Assembly (NCBI GenBank): GCA_964291655.2
Contig: OZ219802.1
Location: forward strand, 2,080,001 to 2,144,000
DNA from: Chloroflexota bacterium
GTDB lineage: Bacteria; Chloroflexota; UBA11872; VXOZ01
Length of the DNA: 64,000 nucleotides
Reading direction: 5' to 3'
In this document: in pieces, positions 39,726 to 50,098 of the stretch
Numbering within the stretch: the first letter of the stretch is position 1
Layout: every line of letters begins with the position of its first letter
Translations under genes and position numbers: made by a program
Notes under the pieces: model-generated
What the model saw: the letters and a program-made list of their open reading frames with translations, nothing else
Databases searched by the model: none
Told to the model about the DNA's origin: nothing

Positions 39726-40216
39726 CGCCGCTCTCCGTTGGCACCTGCTGTGCTTACGTTAAGACCGGGACTACCGCACGACCGATTCATAGCGATCATC
39801 GCCTAGCGCTGAAGCTGGCGGTTCGGGACGGGGTCGCGCCACTTCCCGTCCCACGTATCGGTTTGGCCGGCTACGCGGGTACGCGCGTACCATCAACCAA
39901 TGTACCGGGAATATTATACCTGTTGACATGTATGCAAGACAATTCAAATGTCAACAAAGTCTGAGCTTTGAGACCCGGTTGGCCTTCACCGGCCAGTGTA
40001 CGCTCGTTCCTCATAGATGAGCCGCAGCGCGGGGCGTTCCTCCCCATGCTTACGCACGAGGCAGCGCGAATGCTTCAACGCACTCAGCAGAATGGGTTTC
40101 CATAGTTTACGTTCGCCCCGCGCAAGCAGGCTTCCGCTCCTGACAAGAGTGCCGGTAGACCGGCCAAGTGCCTTTTAGTTCGAGTTCACACTGTCCGCTA
40201 CCGCGAGATCCCAAAC

Positions 40217-41191
40217 CTATGCCCAGTAGGCCGTGCCGGGTTGCTCGAAGATGAGGATATCTTTGAGGAACTTGACGCCCTTTTCCAGGCCCTCGTTGGA
40301 CGACATCAGGCTGTCCTCGTGCTCGATGGAGAGCACGCCGTCGTAGCCGACGAGGCGCAACTCGCTCACGATGTCTTTCCAGTAGCCATAATCGTGGCCG
40401 TAGCCGACGCTGCGGAAGAGCCACGAGCGGTTGATCTCATCGGTGTAGGGCTTCGTGTCCAGCACGCCGTGCTTGGCTGCGTTTAAAGGGTGCACCTTGG
40501 TGTCCTTGGCGTGGAAGTGGTAGAGCGCGCCGGCCTCACCGAGCTCGCGAATGACGGCGATGATGTCGCAGCCCTGCCAGAAGAGGTGGCTGGGGTCGAG
40601 ATTGGCGCCGATTTCGGGTCCGCAGGCATCCCGGAGCTGGAGGCAGGTCCCAGAATTGTAGACCACAAACCCCGGGTGCATCTCCAGGGCGATGCGGGCG
40701 TTGTGCTCCCGCAAGAAGTCCGCTTCTTCTTTCCAGTAGGGAATGACCTTCTGTTCCCACTGCCACTCGAGAATTTCCAGGTAGTCCGTCGGCCAGGGAC
40801 AGGTGACCCAGTTGGGATACTTGGAGCCATCGGAATCGCCGGGGCAGCCGGAGAAGCCGACCACGGTCTGCACTCCCAACTTCTGCGCCAATTGAATGGT
40901 CTTGCGCTGGGTCTCGATGTGCGCGCGGGCAATCTTGGGATTCGGGTGCAGGGGATTGCCGTGGGCGGCTAGAGCGCAAATCTCCATATCGCGGCTCTGC
41001 ACCGCCTTGAGGTATGCGTCGCACGCCTTGTCGTCGTTGAGCAGCGCGTCCGGGTCGCAGTGGGCGTTGCCGGGGTAGTTGCCGCAGCCGATCTCCACTT
41101 CCTGAATGCCCAGGTCGCGGAGGTAGTCCAACGCTTTTTCAAAGGGCAGATCGCCCAAGAGTACCGTCAATACGCCGAGTTTCATCGTCAT
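40217..41191 (-). CDS. sugar phosphate isomerase/epimerase
   Basis: EIGCG, HGNPLHP, EMHPG, DPSH, HAKD, SIEHED. Confidence 0.92.
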   Translation of the reverse strand: MTMKLGVLTVLLGDLPFEKALDYLRDLGIQEVEIGCGNYPGNAHCDPDALLNDDKACDAYLKAVQSRDMEICALAAHGNPLHPNPKIARAHIETQRKTIQLAQKLGVQTVVGFSGCPGDSDGSKYPNWVTCPWPTDYLEILEWQWEQKVIPYWKEEADFLREHNARIALEMHPGFVVYNSGTCLQLRDACGPEIGANLDPSHLFWQGCDIIAVIRELGEAGALYHFHAKDTKVHPLNAAKHGVLDTKPYTDEINRSWLFRSVGYGHDYGYWKDIVSELRLVGYDGVLSIEHEDSLMSSNEGLEKGVKFLKDILIFEQPGTAYWA

Positions 41192-41245
41192 TGCCTCCTG
41201 CTTGGGTAAAGCTTCGTTTGTTTGATTGTTTCCTTGCCTTTTCGC

Positions 41246-41497
41246 TCATTTGTCTCCCGAGTTTGCCTTCCATTGGCAGCCTGTGGTGAAAATGTCGCCC
41301 TTGATGCTAATCTTGCCCCGCAGGCTGCCGATGAGTTCGGCATCACGGGCACCGCCGTGTCCGGCACTACTTCCGTGAAGTGGCACGATACGGGCGACGG
41401 GTGCGCCGTCTCGCGTGATGATCAGGCCGCCGGCGTCCAGATTGTCCAGCGGTTCCAGGCAGTGCTGCTTGAATTCAGCGGCTTCGATCTTCTTCAC
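41246..41497 (-). CDS. Phd/YefM-family antitoxin (orphan)
   Basis: AAEFKQHCL...IITRDGAPVARIVP. Confidence 0.75.
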   Translation of the reverse strand: MKKIEAAEFKQHCLEPLDNLDAGGLIITRDGAPVARIVPLHGSSAGHGGARDAELIGSLRGKISIKGDIFTTGCQWKANSGDK

Positions 41498-41555
41498 AAC
41501 GGCTTCCCTTAGAGTGTGTTCCCTATTCGCTCGTTATGTTCATTGTCCGTTCGCC

Positions 41556-41579
41556 CCCGTATCAGGTACGGGGCAGGCT
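41556..41579 (-). mobile_element. 24-nt hairpin insert, type A, within a CTCAG|GGCGAACGG REP
   Basis: Removing it restores the REP seen intact at 9985-9998. Confidence 0.7.
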
Positions 41580-41676
41580 CTGAGCCTGCCTGTCCTGAGC
41601 CTGTCGAAGGGTCGAAGGGCGTTTTTGGCGGAACAAGCTCACTACGAACGCCATCCTGGACAATTCACATACGCTC

Positions 41677-42873
41677 TTAGTATTGTATCGGCACCAGGCC
41701 GCCGCCATTAGCCGCAGACTCCAGCACCGCATCGCAGATCACGGCGGCGCGGTAGCCATCCTCGAAGTCGGCGGCATAAGGGGCAACGGCCGTATCGTTC
41801 ACGATGGCGTCCAGCAGGTGGGTGAGTTCGTGGACGAAGGTGTGCTCCCAGCCGATAATGTGGCCGTGGGGCCACCAGTATTTCCAGAAAGGGTGGTCGG
41901 CCTCGGTGACCAGCACCCGGCGGAAGCCCTGGGTTTGTGCGCCCGGTTCGCTGTCGCTCAGATGGACTTCAAGCTCGTTCAGGCGCTCCAGATCGAAGAC
42001 GATGCTGCCTTTCGAGCCGTTAATCTCGATGCGCTGGTGGTTCTTGCGGCCGTTGGCGTAGCGGCTGGCTTCCAGGGTGCCGATTGCGCCGTTCTCAAAC
42101 TGCACCAGCGATACGAAGGCATCGTCCACGTCCACGGTATCGCGGCCGCCGTCGTCGGTGGGGCGTTCCTTGATGAAGGTCTGCGTGAGCCCTGAAATTG
42201 CCGTCGGCTCTCCAACGAGGAAGCGCGCCAGATCGATGATGTGCGCGCCCAGATCTCCCAGCGCGCCGCTGCCGGCGAGGTCTTTCTTCAAACGCCAGAC
42301 CATGGGAAACTGCGGGTCCATGATCCACTCCTGCAAATAGACCGCCCGGAAGTGGTAAATCTGGCCCAACTCGCCGCGCTCGATCATCTCGCGGGCCAGC
42401 CGCAAGGCCGGCACAAAGCGGTAATTAAACGCGCAGGCGTGCTTGACCCCGGCTTTCTGCACGGCCTCCAACATCGGCTTGGCCTCCGCGGCCGTGCGCG
42501 CCAGCGGCTTTTCGCAGATGATGTGCTTGCCGGCCTCGGCGGCGGCGATGCAGGGCTCGGCGTGGGTGTCATTGGGGCCGCCGTTGTCGAAGAGCTGGAT
42601 GGCGTCGTCCTGGATGAGTTCGCGCCAGTCCGTACAGTAGCGCTGGTAGCCGTAGCGGGCGGCGGCCTCCTGCACCGCGGCCTCATTGCGTCCACAAAGC
42701 GCAACAAGCGCGGGTACGGCCGGCAGAGGGTCCACCATGTAGGGAATCTTGCGCAGGGCGTTGCTGTGGGCCTTGCCCATGAAGGCGTAGCCTAACATCC
42801 CCACGCCTATCTCCGGCACGTCCTCTCGCCCGGACGACTGCCCCATGGTGACAAAACCAACGTCTTCAGACAT
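41677..42873 (-). CDS. Gfo/Idh/MocA oxidoreductase
   Basis: GYAFMG, CEKP, FNYR, GALGDLGAH. Confidence 0.93.
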   Translation of the reverse strand: MSEDVGFVTMGQSSGREDVPEIGVGMLGYAFMGKAHSNALRKIPYMVDPLPAVPALVALCGRNEAAVQEAAARYGYQRYCTDWRELIQDDAIQLFDNGGPNDTHAEPCIAAAEAGKHIICEKPLARTAAEAKPMLEAVQKAGVKHACAFNYRFVPALRLAREMIERGELGQIYHFRAVYLQEWIMDPQFPMVWRLKKDLAGSGALGDLGAHIIDLARFLVGEPTAISGLTQTFIKERPTDDGGRDTVDVDDAFVSLVQFENGAIGTLEASRYANGRKNHQRIEINGSKGSIVFDLERLNELEVHLSDSEPGAQTQGFRRVLVTEADHPFWKYWWPHGHIIGWEHTFVHELTHLLDAIVNDTAVAPYAADFEDGYRAAVICDAVLESAANGGGLVPIQY

Positions 42874-43258
42874 AGCGTTCCTCCGTGGTTGTTGGTTGAT
42901 AGTTGAGACAATGGTGACTCTAAGGACGGTAGTTCGTCAATGGGAAAGAAAAGTGGCGGCGAATTGTCCGTCATACCGATGAGAGGCCGTTAGCGGCATC
43001 CGTCATTTGTATGTTAGAAATGGTGGACATATGAGCGAATGTACGTGGGCAACGCAAGGGGCGAGTCGTCCGTCAATCCCGTGAAAACGGGAATCCATCT
43101 TCTCTGCCTCAGTCGCCAGGTGAGGCAGCCAGGAGCGGGGGACAAGCCCCCGCGCTACGAAAGATGAGGTGGAACACATTCCGCCGATCCCGCGCAAGCG
43201 AGAATCTGCGAGGCTGCACCCTTCATGTCTCAGTACGTGTCTTTTCGATTGAAACCGC

Positions 43259-45049
43259 TTAACGCCGCCATTCGGCGATATTCCACGTCTCGCCGTCCCA
43301 GGCGTTGGCTCTGACCCCCCGCAACGTATGCAGGGTTGCCGAAACCGAGCCCCGGTTCACGAGGGGAATCGCGTAGTAGTTCTGAATGAAGATATCGTTG
43401 AGTTGCTTGACCAGCGCCTCGCGCTCCGGTCCGATGGGGGTTTGGGCGAGTAGGGCATGGGTCTCATCGTACTCCGCATTGCACATGCGGGCGTTATTGC
43501 CGCTGGACCAACCGTTGTCACGTGCCTGGACATTACTGCAAAGCCCTCTTGAGAGGTATTGCTGAGGATCTATTCCAGAACTCTCAGTGTACATCTGTAC
43601 GTCCGCGAAGAATCGGAGGTACGACTCCTCCTCATGAACGGCCGGGTCACCGCCAAAGAAGAGGCCGGCGTCGTGTTGAATGAGCACGGTCTCGATACCG
43701 ATCTCGCGCCACCATTCTTGGATCAGGGCTTGGGTCGACTGCCTGATAGAGTTTTCGGTGGTCTGATACGTAATCCGCAGGGGAACGCCATTGTATTCGC
43801 GAATGCCGTCGCCATCATTATCGACGACACCATTCTCGTCCAGCAGTTTCTTGGCGCCCGCAATGTCTTGCACCGGACAGTCTTCATGCGCAGTCGAAGC
43901 GTAATTGGCAGGCGCTACGACCAGGTTGCAGGCGGGCGTTGCGGTGAAACCATAGAGTTGGTCAGCGATGAGGATGCGGTCTATCGCCAGGGACATCGCT
44001 TGGGCGATGGGTGTGAACGTCAGGAACGGATGGGGGTTCTGCCCATCGAGATACTCAGAGCGGTCGTCACCCAGCGCGGGGTCCGGATTTGTCTGGTTCA
44101 GGACGATGCGCTCGATCCGGCTGGCGAAAACCGTGGTCACCGTGCCGAGTCCGTTCGCCTCCATCTCTTGTAGAACGTCTGGCTCCACCTGCATGTTCCA
44201 CGCGTGATCGACATCACCCGTCACGAGGACGGACCGCGCCGCCTCCAGCGCGTCGCCGCCGCCCTGCAGGATCACCCGGTCGAAGTAGGCCGGTTCCTCA
44301 TGGTAGTAGGGGTTGCGCTCGTACATCGCGCCTTCGTTGGGTGAAAACGACACGATGCGGTACGCGCCGGTGCCCAAAGGCACGGCGTTCTGCGCTTCAC
44401 AGGTTCTGGCGGCCGCGCCGACGCAGTCGGCAAACTGTACCCGGCTGATTATGGGCGTGTCGGCGCTGACGAAAGCCGTGTAGGGATAGGGCGTCGGTTT
44501 GTCAAAAGTAATCTTCACCGTGTGTTCATCGAGGGCTTCGACAGCGACTATGCCGGCAAACGTGTCTCGCTTGGTGCAGCCGGTCGCTTCATCGGCACAG
44601 TAGCGCCACGTGAACACCGCGTCATCGGCCGTCATGGCGCTGCCGTCCGACCAGCGCACACCGGCTTTCAACTTCCACGTAATTGTCAGCAGGTCTTGGG
44701 AGACGCCGCCGTTCTCCAGCGTGGGGATTTCTACGGCCAGTCTCGGCACGAGGTTGCCGTCCGGATCATAGTTTGCCAGCGGTTCCAAGGTAATTGCACC
44801 TGCGTCCCTATCCTTGAATCCGGCGGCGAGATACGGGAACGGCAAGGTAGGCGCTTGCCAATAGCGAATGGTAAGGACTTGCTCTTCCTCCGGGGTTGCC
44901 GGTGGCGCGGAGGTGACCGTGCCCGGCGCCATGCTTGCGCCGCTGCAAGCAATGAGCAGGAGCGCAATTAGAGTTGCGAGGGCTGGCAGGATAAAGCGAA
45001 TCACGGCAAAGAGCTCTCCTTTGAGGTTAGCCAATTTGGTTGTCAGCAT
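43259..45049 (-). CDS. peptide/nickel ABC solute-binding protein (family 5)
   Basis: LIAC lipobox, WSDG..TADD, GTGAY; true start may lie slightly downstream. Confidence 0.88.
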   Translation of the reverse strand: MLTTKLANLKGELFAVIRFILPALATLIALLLIACSGASMAPGTVTSAPPATPEEEQVLTIRYWQAPTLPFPYLAAGFKDRDAGAITLEPLANYDPDGNLVPRLAVEIPTLENGGVSQDLLTITWKLKAGVRWSDGSAMTADDAVFTWRYCADEATGCTKRDTFAGIVAVEALDEHTVKITFDKPTPYPYTAFVSADTPIISRVQFADCVGAAARTCEAQNAVPLGTGAYRIVSFSPNEGAMYERNPYYHEEPAYFDRVILQGGGDALEAARSVLVTGDVDHAWNMQVEPDVLQEMEANGLGTVTTVFASRIERIVLNQTNPDPALGDDRSEYLDGQNPHPFLTFTPIAQAMSLAIDRILIADQLYGFTATPACNLVVAPANYASTAHEDCPVQDIAGAKKLLDENGVVDNDGDGIREYNGVPLRITYQTTENSIRQSTQALIQEWWREIGIETVLIQHDAGLFFGGDPAVHEEESYLRFFADVQMYTESSGIDPQQYLSRGLCSNVQARDNGWSSGNNARMCNAEYDETHALLAQTPIGPEREALVKQLNDIFIQNYYAIPLVNRGSVSATLHTLRGVRANAWDGETWNIAEWRR

Positions 45050-45120
45050 GTTCTAGGCAGGCTCAACCCTGTGCACATGCACCAGAGTGTGCCGGGAAAC
45101 TGCGCGTAACGCGGCAGCTT

Positions 45121-46065
45121 CTAGCGCGCCACTGCCGCAGCAACCCCGGCGTTTGCCTTCGCCACAAATGGCGCCATGTATTCCTGGAACTGCCGCGCGT
45201 AGGCATCCAGGTTGTCCAAATTGCCGCCGTCGCGCAGGGATGAGCACATCTCGTAGGCCACCGTGCCGGTGTAGCCTTCCGCGATGAGGGTGTCGAAGAA
45301 CGTCTCGTAATCGATGAGCCCTTCGCCCATGGCCACCCCCAGCATGCGCGCGGGTTCCGCGACATAGTTCACCAATGCCGGCTCGTAGCGGTAGCGGGGC
45401 AGCGCGACGTAGTCGGCCACAGTGGTGTACGCCATGAAGGGTGTCATGCGACGCACTGCCGCGGCCAGCGCCTCGCCGTGCAAGCCCTGCACCGCAGGTG
45501 ACCACGCGTCGAAGGCTGCCCGGCAGTTGGGGTGGTCTACTTCGCTGAGAAGTTGATACATGCTCTCGTAATCGACAGCAAAGTCATGATGATTCTGGAC
45601 GGTGAGCACCACGCCAAAGTCGGCGGCCAGGCGCGCTGCTTCCCGCAGGCCGGTGACCACGCTCGTCCAGCCCGCATCGTATGAGAGACCGTCACGCTCG
45701 TAGCCGGTGAAGACGCGGATGGCGGGACAGTCAAGATCGCGGGCGAGGCCCGCAAGTTCGGCGATGTAGACGATCTGGTGCTCCCAGAAGGGCACGTCAG
45801 GCCGTTCGGGGCCGACGGTAAAGTCGTTGTACCCAGCCAAAGAATGCACGCTGAGGCCGTGCTCCGCCAGCAGCGCGCGCAGGGCCTGCCGCTTCTCGGG
45901 CTGATGCGACGGATAGTCAAGCAGCGAGAGATGCGGCCGCTTGGCCACGAGCATGACGCCTGTGAACCCAAGCGCCGCCGCGCGGGGAATGAACTCTTCG
46001 AGCGTCAATCGCTCTTGTCCCGGCCATACGCCGGCGTAGCTGACCGAATGTAATGCGAGTTGCAT
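45121..46065 (-). CDS. sugar phosphate isomerase/epimerase family protein
   Basis: TIM-barrel pattern with QNHHD, FDAW, GEGLIDY, YEMC. Confidence 0.85.
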   Translation of the reverse strand: MQLALHSVSYAGVWPGQERLTLEEFIPRAAALGFTGVMLVAKRPHLSLLDYPSHQPEKRQALRALLAEHGLSVHSLAGYNDFTVGPERPDVPFWEHQIVYIAELAGLARDLDCPAIRVFTGYERDGLSYDAGWTSVVTGLREAARLAADFGVVLTVQNHHDFAVDYESMYQLLSEVDHPNCRAAFDAWSPAVQGLHGEALAAAVRRMTPFMAYTTVADYVALPRYRYEPALVNYVAEPARMLGVAMGEGLIDYETFFDTLIAEGYTGTVAYEMCSSLRDGGNLDNLDAYARQFQEYMAPFVAKANAGVAAAVAR

Positions 46066-46153
46066 GTAAATTCCTCCATGTTACCGAGCGATCGCTCACT
46101 ACCGAACGAGACTAACTCCAAGCGTAGCATCGTTGCCATTGACGCGTTAGATT

Positions 46154-48781
46154 CTAGGAAGGACGAATCTCCTCCGTTGGCTCACCATTTGTCAGGGGAG
46201 TATTCTCTTCCAGGCCGTTTTCCGTTACTGTCGGTGCAAGATTTGTAGCCTGTCGGGTTGCCACGGCGGCCTTGCTTTGGGATTCTGTCGCAGTCAGGGG
46301 GCTGTCCGCGCTGCCTTGTGGCGCACCGTCTGCGCCGGCTTCCGCGCTGTGTCGTGGTGGGGGGTCCCCGTTGGCCGGGGTGTTGGTTTCGGGCGTCTTG
46401 TCTTGCGCAGATTGTGCAGAGCCGCCTGCTGCCGGCGTGGCCGGAGGATTCGGCGTAGCTGGCGCGTTCAGGGGCTGTGCCGCGGGAGGGGCTATTCGAG
46501 GGCTTTGCGACTCAGTTGGCTGCGCTGTTTTCGAGGTCTCGTCTTTAGATTCGGTAGGTGCATCTTCGGGGGTGCTGCCGGTAGCCGAAGGAACCTCTCC
46601 AGCAGTGCCGCCGCCTTCCAAAGCTATCTGGGCGACACGCAGCAATTGCGCCCGCAGGAGGTCGTTTTCTGACCGCAGTGCACGCAGGGATTCCTCCTCG
46701 AGTTTCGCCTGCATCTCCTTAGCCAGAATCGCCGCTTGTTGAGCCAGAGCGGTTTCCATCTGCTTTTGCTGCGTCTGGTCGCGTACTACGCAAATGAATT
46801 GCTCGTCCGTCAGCGCCGCCACGCCGCCCGCGAGCACTTGACCGCCAACCGGATGGCACGTGAAGCGGTGCGGCTGTCCGTCACTTTGCGCACGCTCGAC
46901 AGCCGCCATCAATTGGGACGCCAAGTCAACCGGCAGTACCTCCCGTACTCTGGCATCTACTAAGCACTCTCCGTCACGCGGGCCGAAACTTTCGGCGGGC
47001 TTGCACTCCAAAATGGTGCCGTCCGTCCGCAGGCGGAGCACCAGGTCGGGCAGGAGCGTTTGCAAGATGCGCACGGAGGTCTCCGCTTGGGTCAGCGCGG
47101 ATGCCTGCTCGGCATTCAGCCGCTCCAGGTGCGCGCGCAAGGCCTGATTCTCTTCTTCACTCACCTGCAACTGCGCCGTTGTGTCCTTCAATTCCGTAAT
47201 GTCGCGCAGCAGGCAGAGCACCGCGTCATCGGTATGGGGCGCGACGCGCACCGCCAAGACCTGACCGCTCTGCCGCAAGAATGACAGCTCCTGCACCGCG
47301 TTGCTTGCCAGCGACGCTGCTGCCGCTTGTACCAGCGGCGTCACGTCATCGCCTTGAAAAACGTCTCTCAGGTGCTTACCGGCGAACATGTCCGCGTACG
47401 TCGCCGGCGCTGCGGCGGCCGGCGGCTGCAGGTCTTGGATAGTGCCCGCCCGGGACATGTAAATGAGCCAGTCTCCCGTTACGAGACGCAGGGCATTTGC
47501 CGCGCGGCGCTGCTCATCCAGCTCCTGGACCGCGCGCGTGTGTGCGGTGTGGTCCTGGATGATGCACAGTACCTGATCGGCGGTGTGCGGGGTCACGGAT
47601 CCACCCAGAACCACGCTGCCGTCGGCGGCGATGTGCTGCAGCCGTTCCGTCTTGCCCGCTTGGAGGACACGGGCAACGGCGGCCATAATCGATTCGGCTT
47701 GGTCGGACGGCAGGACCGCACGGACATTCTTGCCCAGGAATTCGCTCGGCATGGCAGAGGGACCGAAGTCGGCGGCCGGTTTCCAGTCGGTTATGGCGCC
47801 GTCGCTGCGCAGGCCGACCAGCAGTCCCTCGGTGGCGTTGCGTAGCGCGCGATGGCTGGCTTGGAGGTCGCGCAGGGCGAGTTCCGGGCTGCGGGCGGGT
47901 TTTTCTGCCGCGGCGCTGGTGGGCTCGGCGGCATCTGCGGCAAGCGGCCTAGGTGTTCTTTCCGCTGCTACTGTGGCTGCCGGTCGCGCGGCAACTCTCG
48001 GGACAACCCCGGCGATCACACAGAGATAACTCGCCAGCGTCAGGACTTGTGATAGGAGAAGTACCGCCCCGGACGGCCACGCTTGGAGTAGTGGAAAGCG
48101 CGCCAGGGCAACGAGAGTCACAATGAGGGCGAGCAGCAGCCAGCGGTCGAACGGGTCCGCGCGCCACCGGGCCCTCCGCAGAAGCCCTGCAATGCCGGTG
48201 ACTGTCAATGCCGTCACAAGCAGGAGTTCCGGCTGGGCCGCAAGCGGCGAGATTGGTTGTCCCAGTATCTCCACCAGGTGGCTGGATTGTGGCACCGGGA
48301 AGACCAGCGCGCCGACAGCTACGATGAACGCGAGCGTGGCGGCAGCGAAAAATATGCCTGCGGGTTGCGCGGTGGAAGGGCGGCTCTGCCTGCTCGCAAG
48401 CAGACTCAAGACAAGAAAGAGACAAACGAAGAGCGTGGGGATAAGTTGACCACGCAACACGGAGGCTGCGCCAATCAGGGAATCGGCGGGACCAAATACT
48501 CCGGCGTACGCCGCAAAGTGATAGAGGTGCAGCGCGGCAGCAACCCACAGTCCCGCGCTGATAAGCAGCAGTGCATCGCGCTGTTCCGTGCGAAACCGCT
48601 GCAAGGCCAGTTCCCCGCCGATCAGCGCAGCCGCTGTGGCGAGGATTCCGCCAAAGGCATAGAGGGCTTCACCGGCAGTTGCAAAGGTGTTGAAGCGCGC
48701 GGCATACACTGCCGCCAAGATGACAAAGGCTGCGGCATACGCGGCGGTGCGCCTCGGATTATTCTGCAAGACTGCCAGCAT
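46154..48781 (-). CDS. membrane sensor-like protein: ~8 TM, 3 PAS-like repeats, coiled coil, disordered tail
   Basis: Three PAS-like units ending QDHT, RDIT and RDQT; start trimmed to ATG 48781 because the longer ORF reads through REP repeats. Confidence 0.75.
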   Translation of the reverse strand: MLAVLQNNPRRTAAYAAAFVILAAVYAARFNTFATAGEALYAFGGILATAAALIGGELALQRFRTEQRDALLLISAGLWVAAALHLYHFAAYAGVFGPADSLIGAASVLRGQLIPTLFVCLFLVLSLLASRQSRPSTAQPAGIFFAAATLAFIVAVGALVFPVPQSSHLVEILGQPISPLAAQPELLLVTALTVTGIAGLLRRARWRADPFDRWLLLALIVTLVALARFPLLQAWPSGAVLLLSQVLTLASYLCVIAGVVPRVAARPAATVAAERTPRPLAADAAEPTSAAAEKPARSPELALRDLQASHRALRNATEGLLVGLRSDGAITDWKPAADFGPSAMPSEFLGKNVRAVLPSDQAESIMAAVARVLQAGKTERLQHIAADGSVVLGGSVTPHTADQVLCIIQDHTAHTRAVQELDEQRRAANALRLVTGDWLIYMSRAGTIQDLQPPAAAAPATYADMFAGKHLRDVFQGDDVTPLVQAAAASLASNAVQELSFLRQSGQVLAVRVAPHTDDAVLCLLRDITELKDTTAQLQVSEEENQALRAHLERLNAEQASALTQAETSVRILQTLLPDLVLRLRTDGTILECKPAESFGPRDGECLVDARVREVLPVDLASQLMAAVERAQSDGQPHRFTCHPVGGQVLAGGVAALTDEQFICVVRDQTQQKQMETALAQQAAILAKEMQAKLEEESLRALRSENDLLRAQLLRVAQIALEGGGTAGEVPSATGSTPEDAPTESKDETSKTAQPTESQSPRIAPPAAQPLNAPATPNPPATPAAGGSAQSAQDKTPETNTPANGDPPPRHSAEAGADGAPQGSADSPLTATESQSKAAVATRQATNLAPTVTENGLEENTPLTNGEPTEEIRPS

Positions 48782-48810
48782 AAGTGAAGTTCGCTTTGCT
48801 CGTTTCCAAC

Positions 48811-49116
48811 TACCGTGCCAAGACGGCTGCGTCGCCAAGTGGCGGGGGACGAGCCCCCGCGTTACGCCTGATATCGCGCCGTGGCGACCACGTTGCTCAG
48901 AGGCGGGGGACAAGCCCCCGCGGTACGTCGGACACCGTGTCAAGGCGGCTGCGTTGCCAAGAGGCGGGGGACGAGCCCCCGCGCTACGCCGGATACCGTG
49001 TCAAGACGGCCGTGTTGCCAAGAGGCGGGGGACAAGCCCCCGCGCTACGCCCCGGATACCGTGCCGAGGCGGCTGTGTCGCCAAGAGGCGGGGGACAAGC
49101 CCCCGCTACGCCGGAA
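48811..49116. repeat. five tandem ~61-bp GTAG-REP units
   Basis: Units at 48811, 48872, 48933, 48994 and 49057 containing GGCGGGGGAC(A/G)AGCCCCCGCGCTAC. Confidence 0.9.
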
Positions 49117-49219
49117 ACTGCGCACGCAGTTCCGGTCACGGACGATGTGGGAAACTTTCGTCGCGGTCACGTGCATGCCGCGGAGCGCGTGACCTGAGCT
49201 ATCTGGGCGACGGCGACGA

Positions 49220-50098
49220 CTAGCAATTGACGTCTTTGCCCTCACTCCCGAACACCGCCATGCGTTCTTCCTGCTCGGTCTTCTCGGTGCCGGCCGGAAT
49301 GAAGTGGAACTGGAGCGCCCGGCGCCGGCTCTCGCTGCGGTTTGCCGGCGTGCCGTGGTGCATGAGGCCGTCGAAGAACAGCACGCCGCCGGGCGGCAGC
49401 GGCACCGCTACATCGCGGTTGAGGTCGAGGTGTTCGTCGCAAATCTGCCAATCGCGCCGCCGAAAGTGCACCACCGGGCCTTCTCTATGGGTGCCGGGCT
49501 TCACGTGCATGCAGCCATTCTCGAGCGTAGCCGCATCCAGCGCCGTCCACGTGCCGACAATCGGCGTGCCCATCGGCAGGTTGAAGAAGGCGTGGTCTTG
49601 GTGCCAGGGCTTTTCACGTCCTATGCCGGGCGGCTTGCTCAGGGCCTGATCGGCAAAGAGTTCCGGCTCGGCTTCCAGCAGGCGGCTGACGACGCGCTGT
49701 AGATTGGGATGCCACGCCATCGCCTTCATGCGCGGCTCAAACTCGACAAAATGCTGGAGTTTGCGCACGCAATCGAGTTGTTGCTCTGGCGGCAAGGTAC
49801 GGACGTATTTCTTGGAGGCAGCCTCGAACTGCACGCCCACAAAATCGGCGTGCTTGCCGATTACGAGAGCCGTAAAGCCAGCCAATGCCGATTCTACCTC
49901 CCGGTCGGTAAACACTCCCTGAATGACCAGGAAGCCGGTTTCCCGATAGAACGCCACGTGCTCATCGGAGAATTCATCGATGCTGGCTATCCCGGTGGCG
50001 CTGTTGTCGAAGCGATAGAGTTGCTCGTTGTAGGGATCGCCCTCATACTGGTCGAACTTTAGTTCTGCGGCGGTTCCCAGTTCCTGAACTTGTGCCAT
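49220..50098 (-). CDS. phytanoyl-CoA dioxygenase (PhyH) family
   Basis: PWHQD, ENGCM, HHG..N..RRA. Confidence 0.92.
   Translation of the reverse strand: MAQVQELGTAAELKFDQYEGDPYNEQLYRFDNSATGIASIDEFSDEHVAFYRETGFLVIQGVFTDREVESALAGFTALVIGKHADFVGVQFEAASKKYVRTLPPEQQLDCVRKLQHFVEFEPRMKAMAWHPNLQRVVSRLLEAEPELFADQALSKPPGIGREKPWHQDHAFFNLPMGTPIVGTWTALDAATLENGCMHVKPGTHREGPVVHFRRRDWQICDEHLDLNRDVAVPLPPGGVLFFDGLMHHGTPANRSESRRRALQFHFIPAGTEKTEQEERMAVFGSEGKDVNC

Noticed and set aside
39841-39870. c-di-GMP-I riboswitch (GGCCAAACC...GGGACG on the minus strand)
   Set aside because: It lacks the GNRA-capped P2 and the GCAAA/P3 consensus.
48811-49116. CRISPR array (hairpin repeat with ~61-bp period)
   Set aside because: The spacers are homologous to each other, the repeat is a dispersed GTAG REP, and there are no cas genes.
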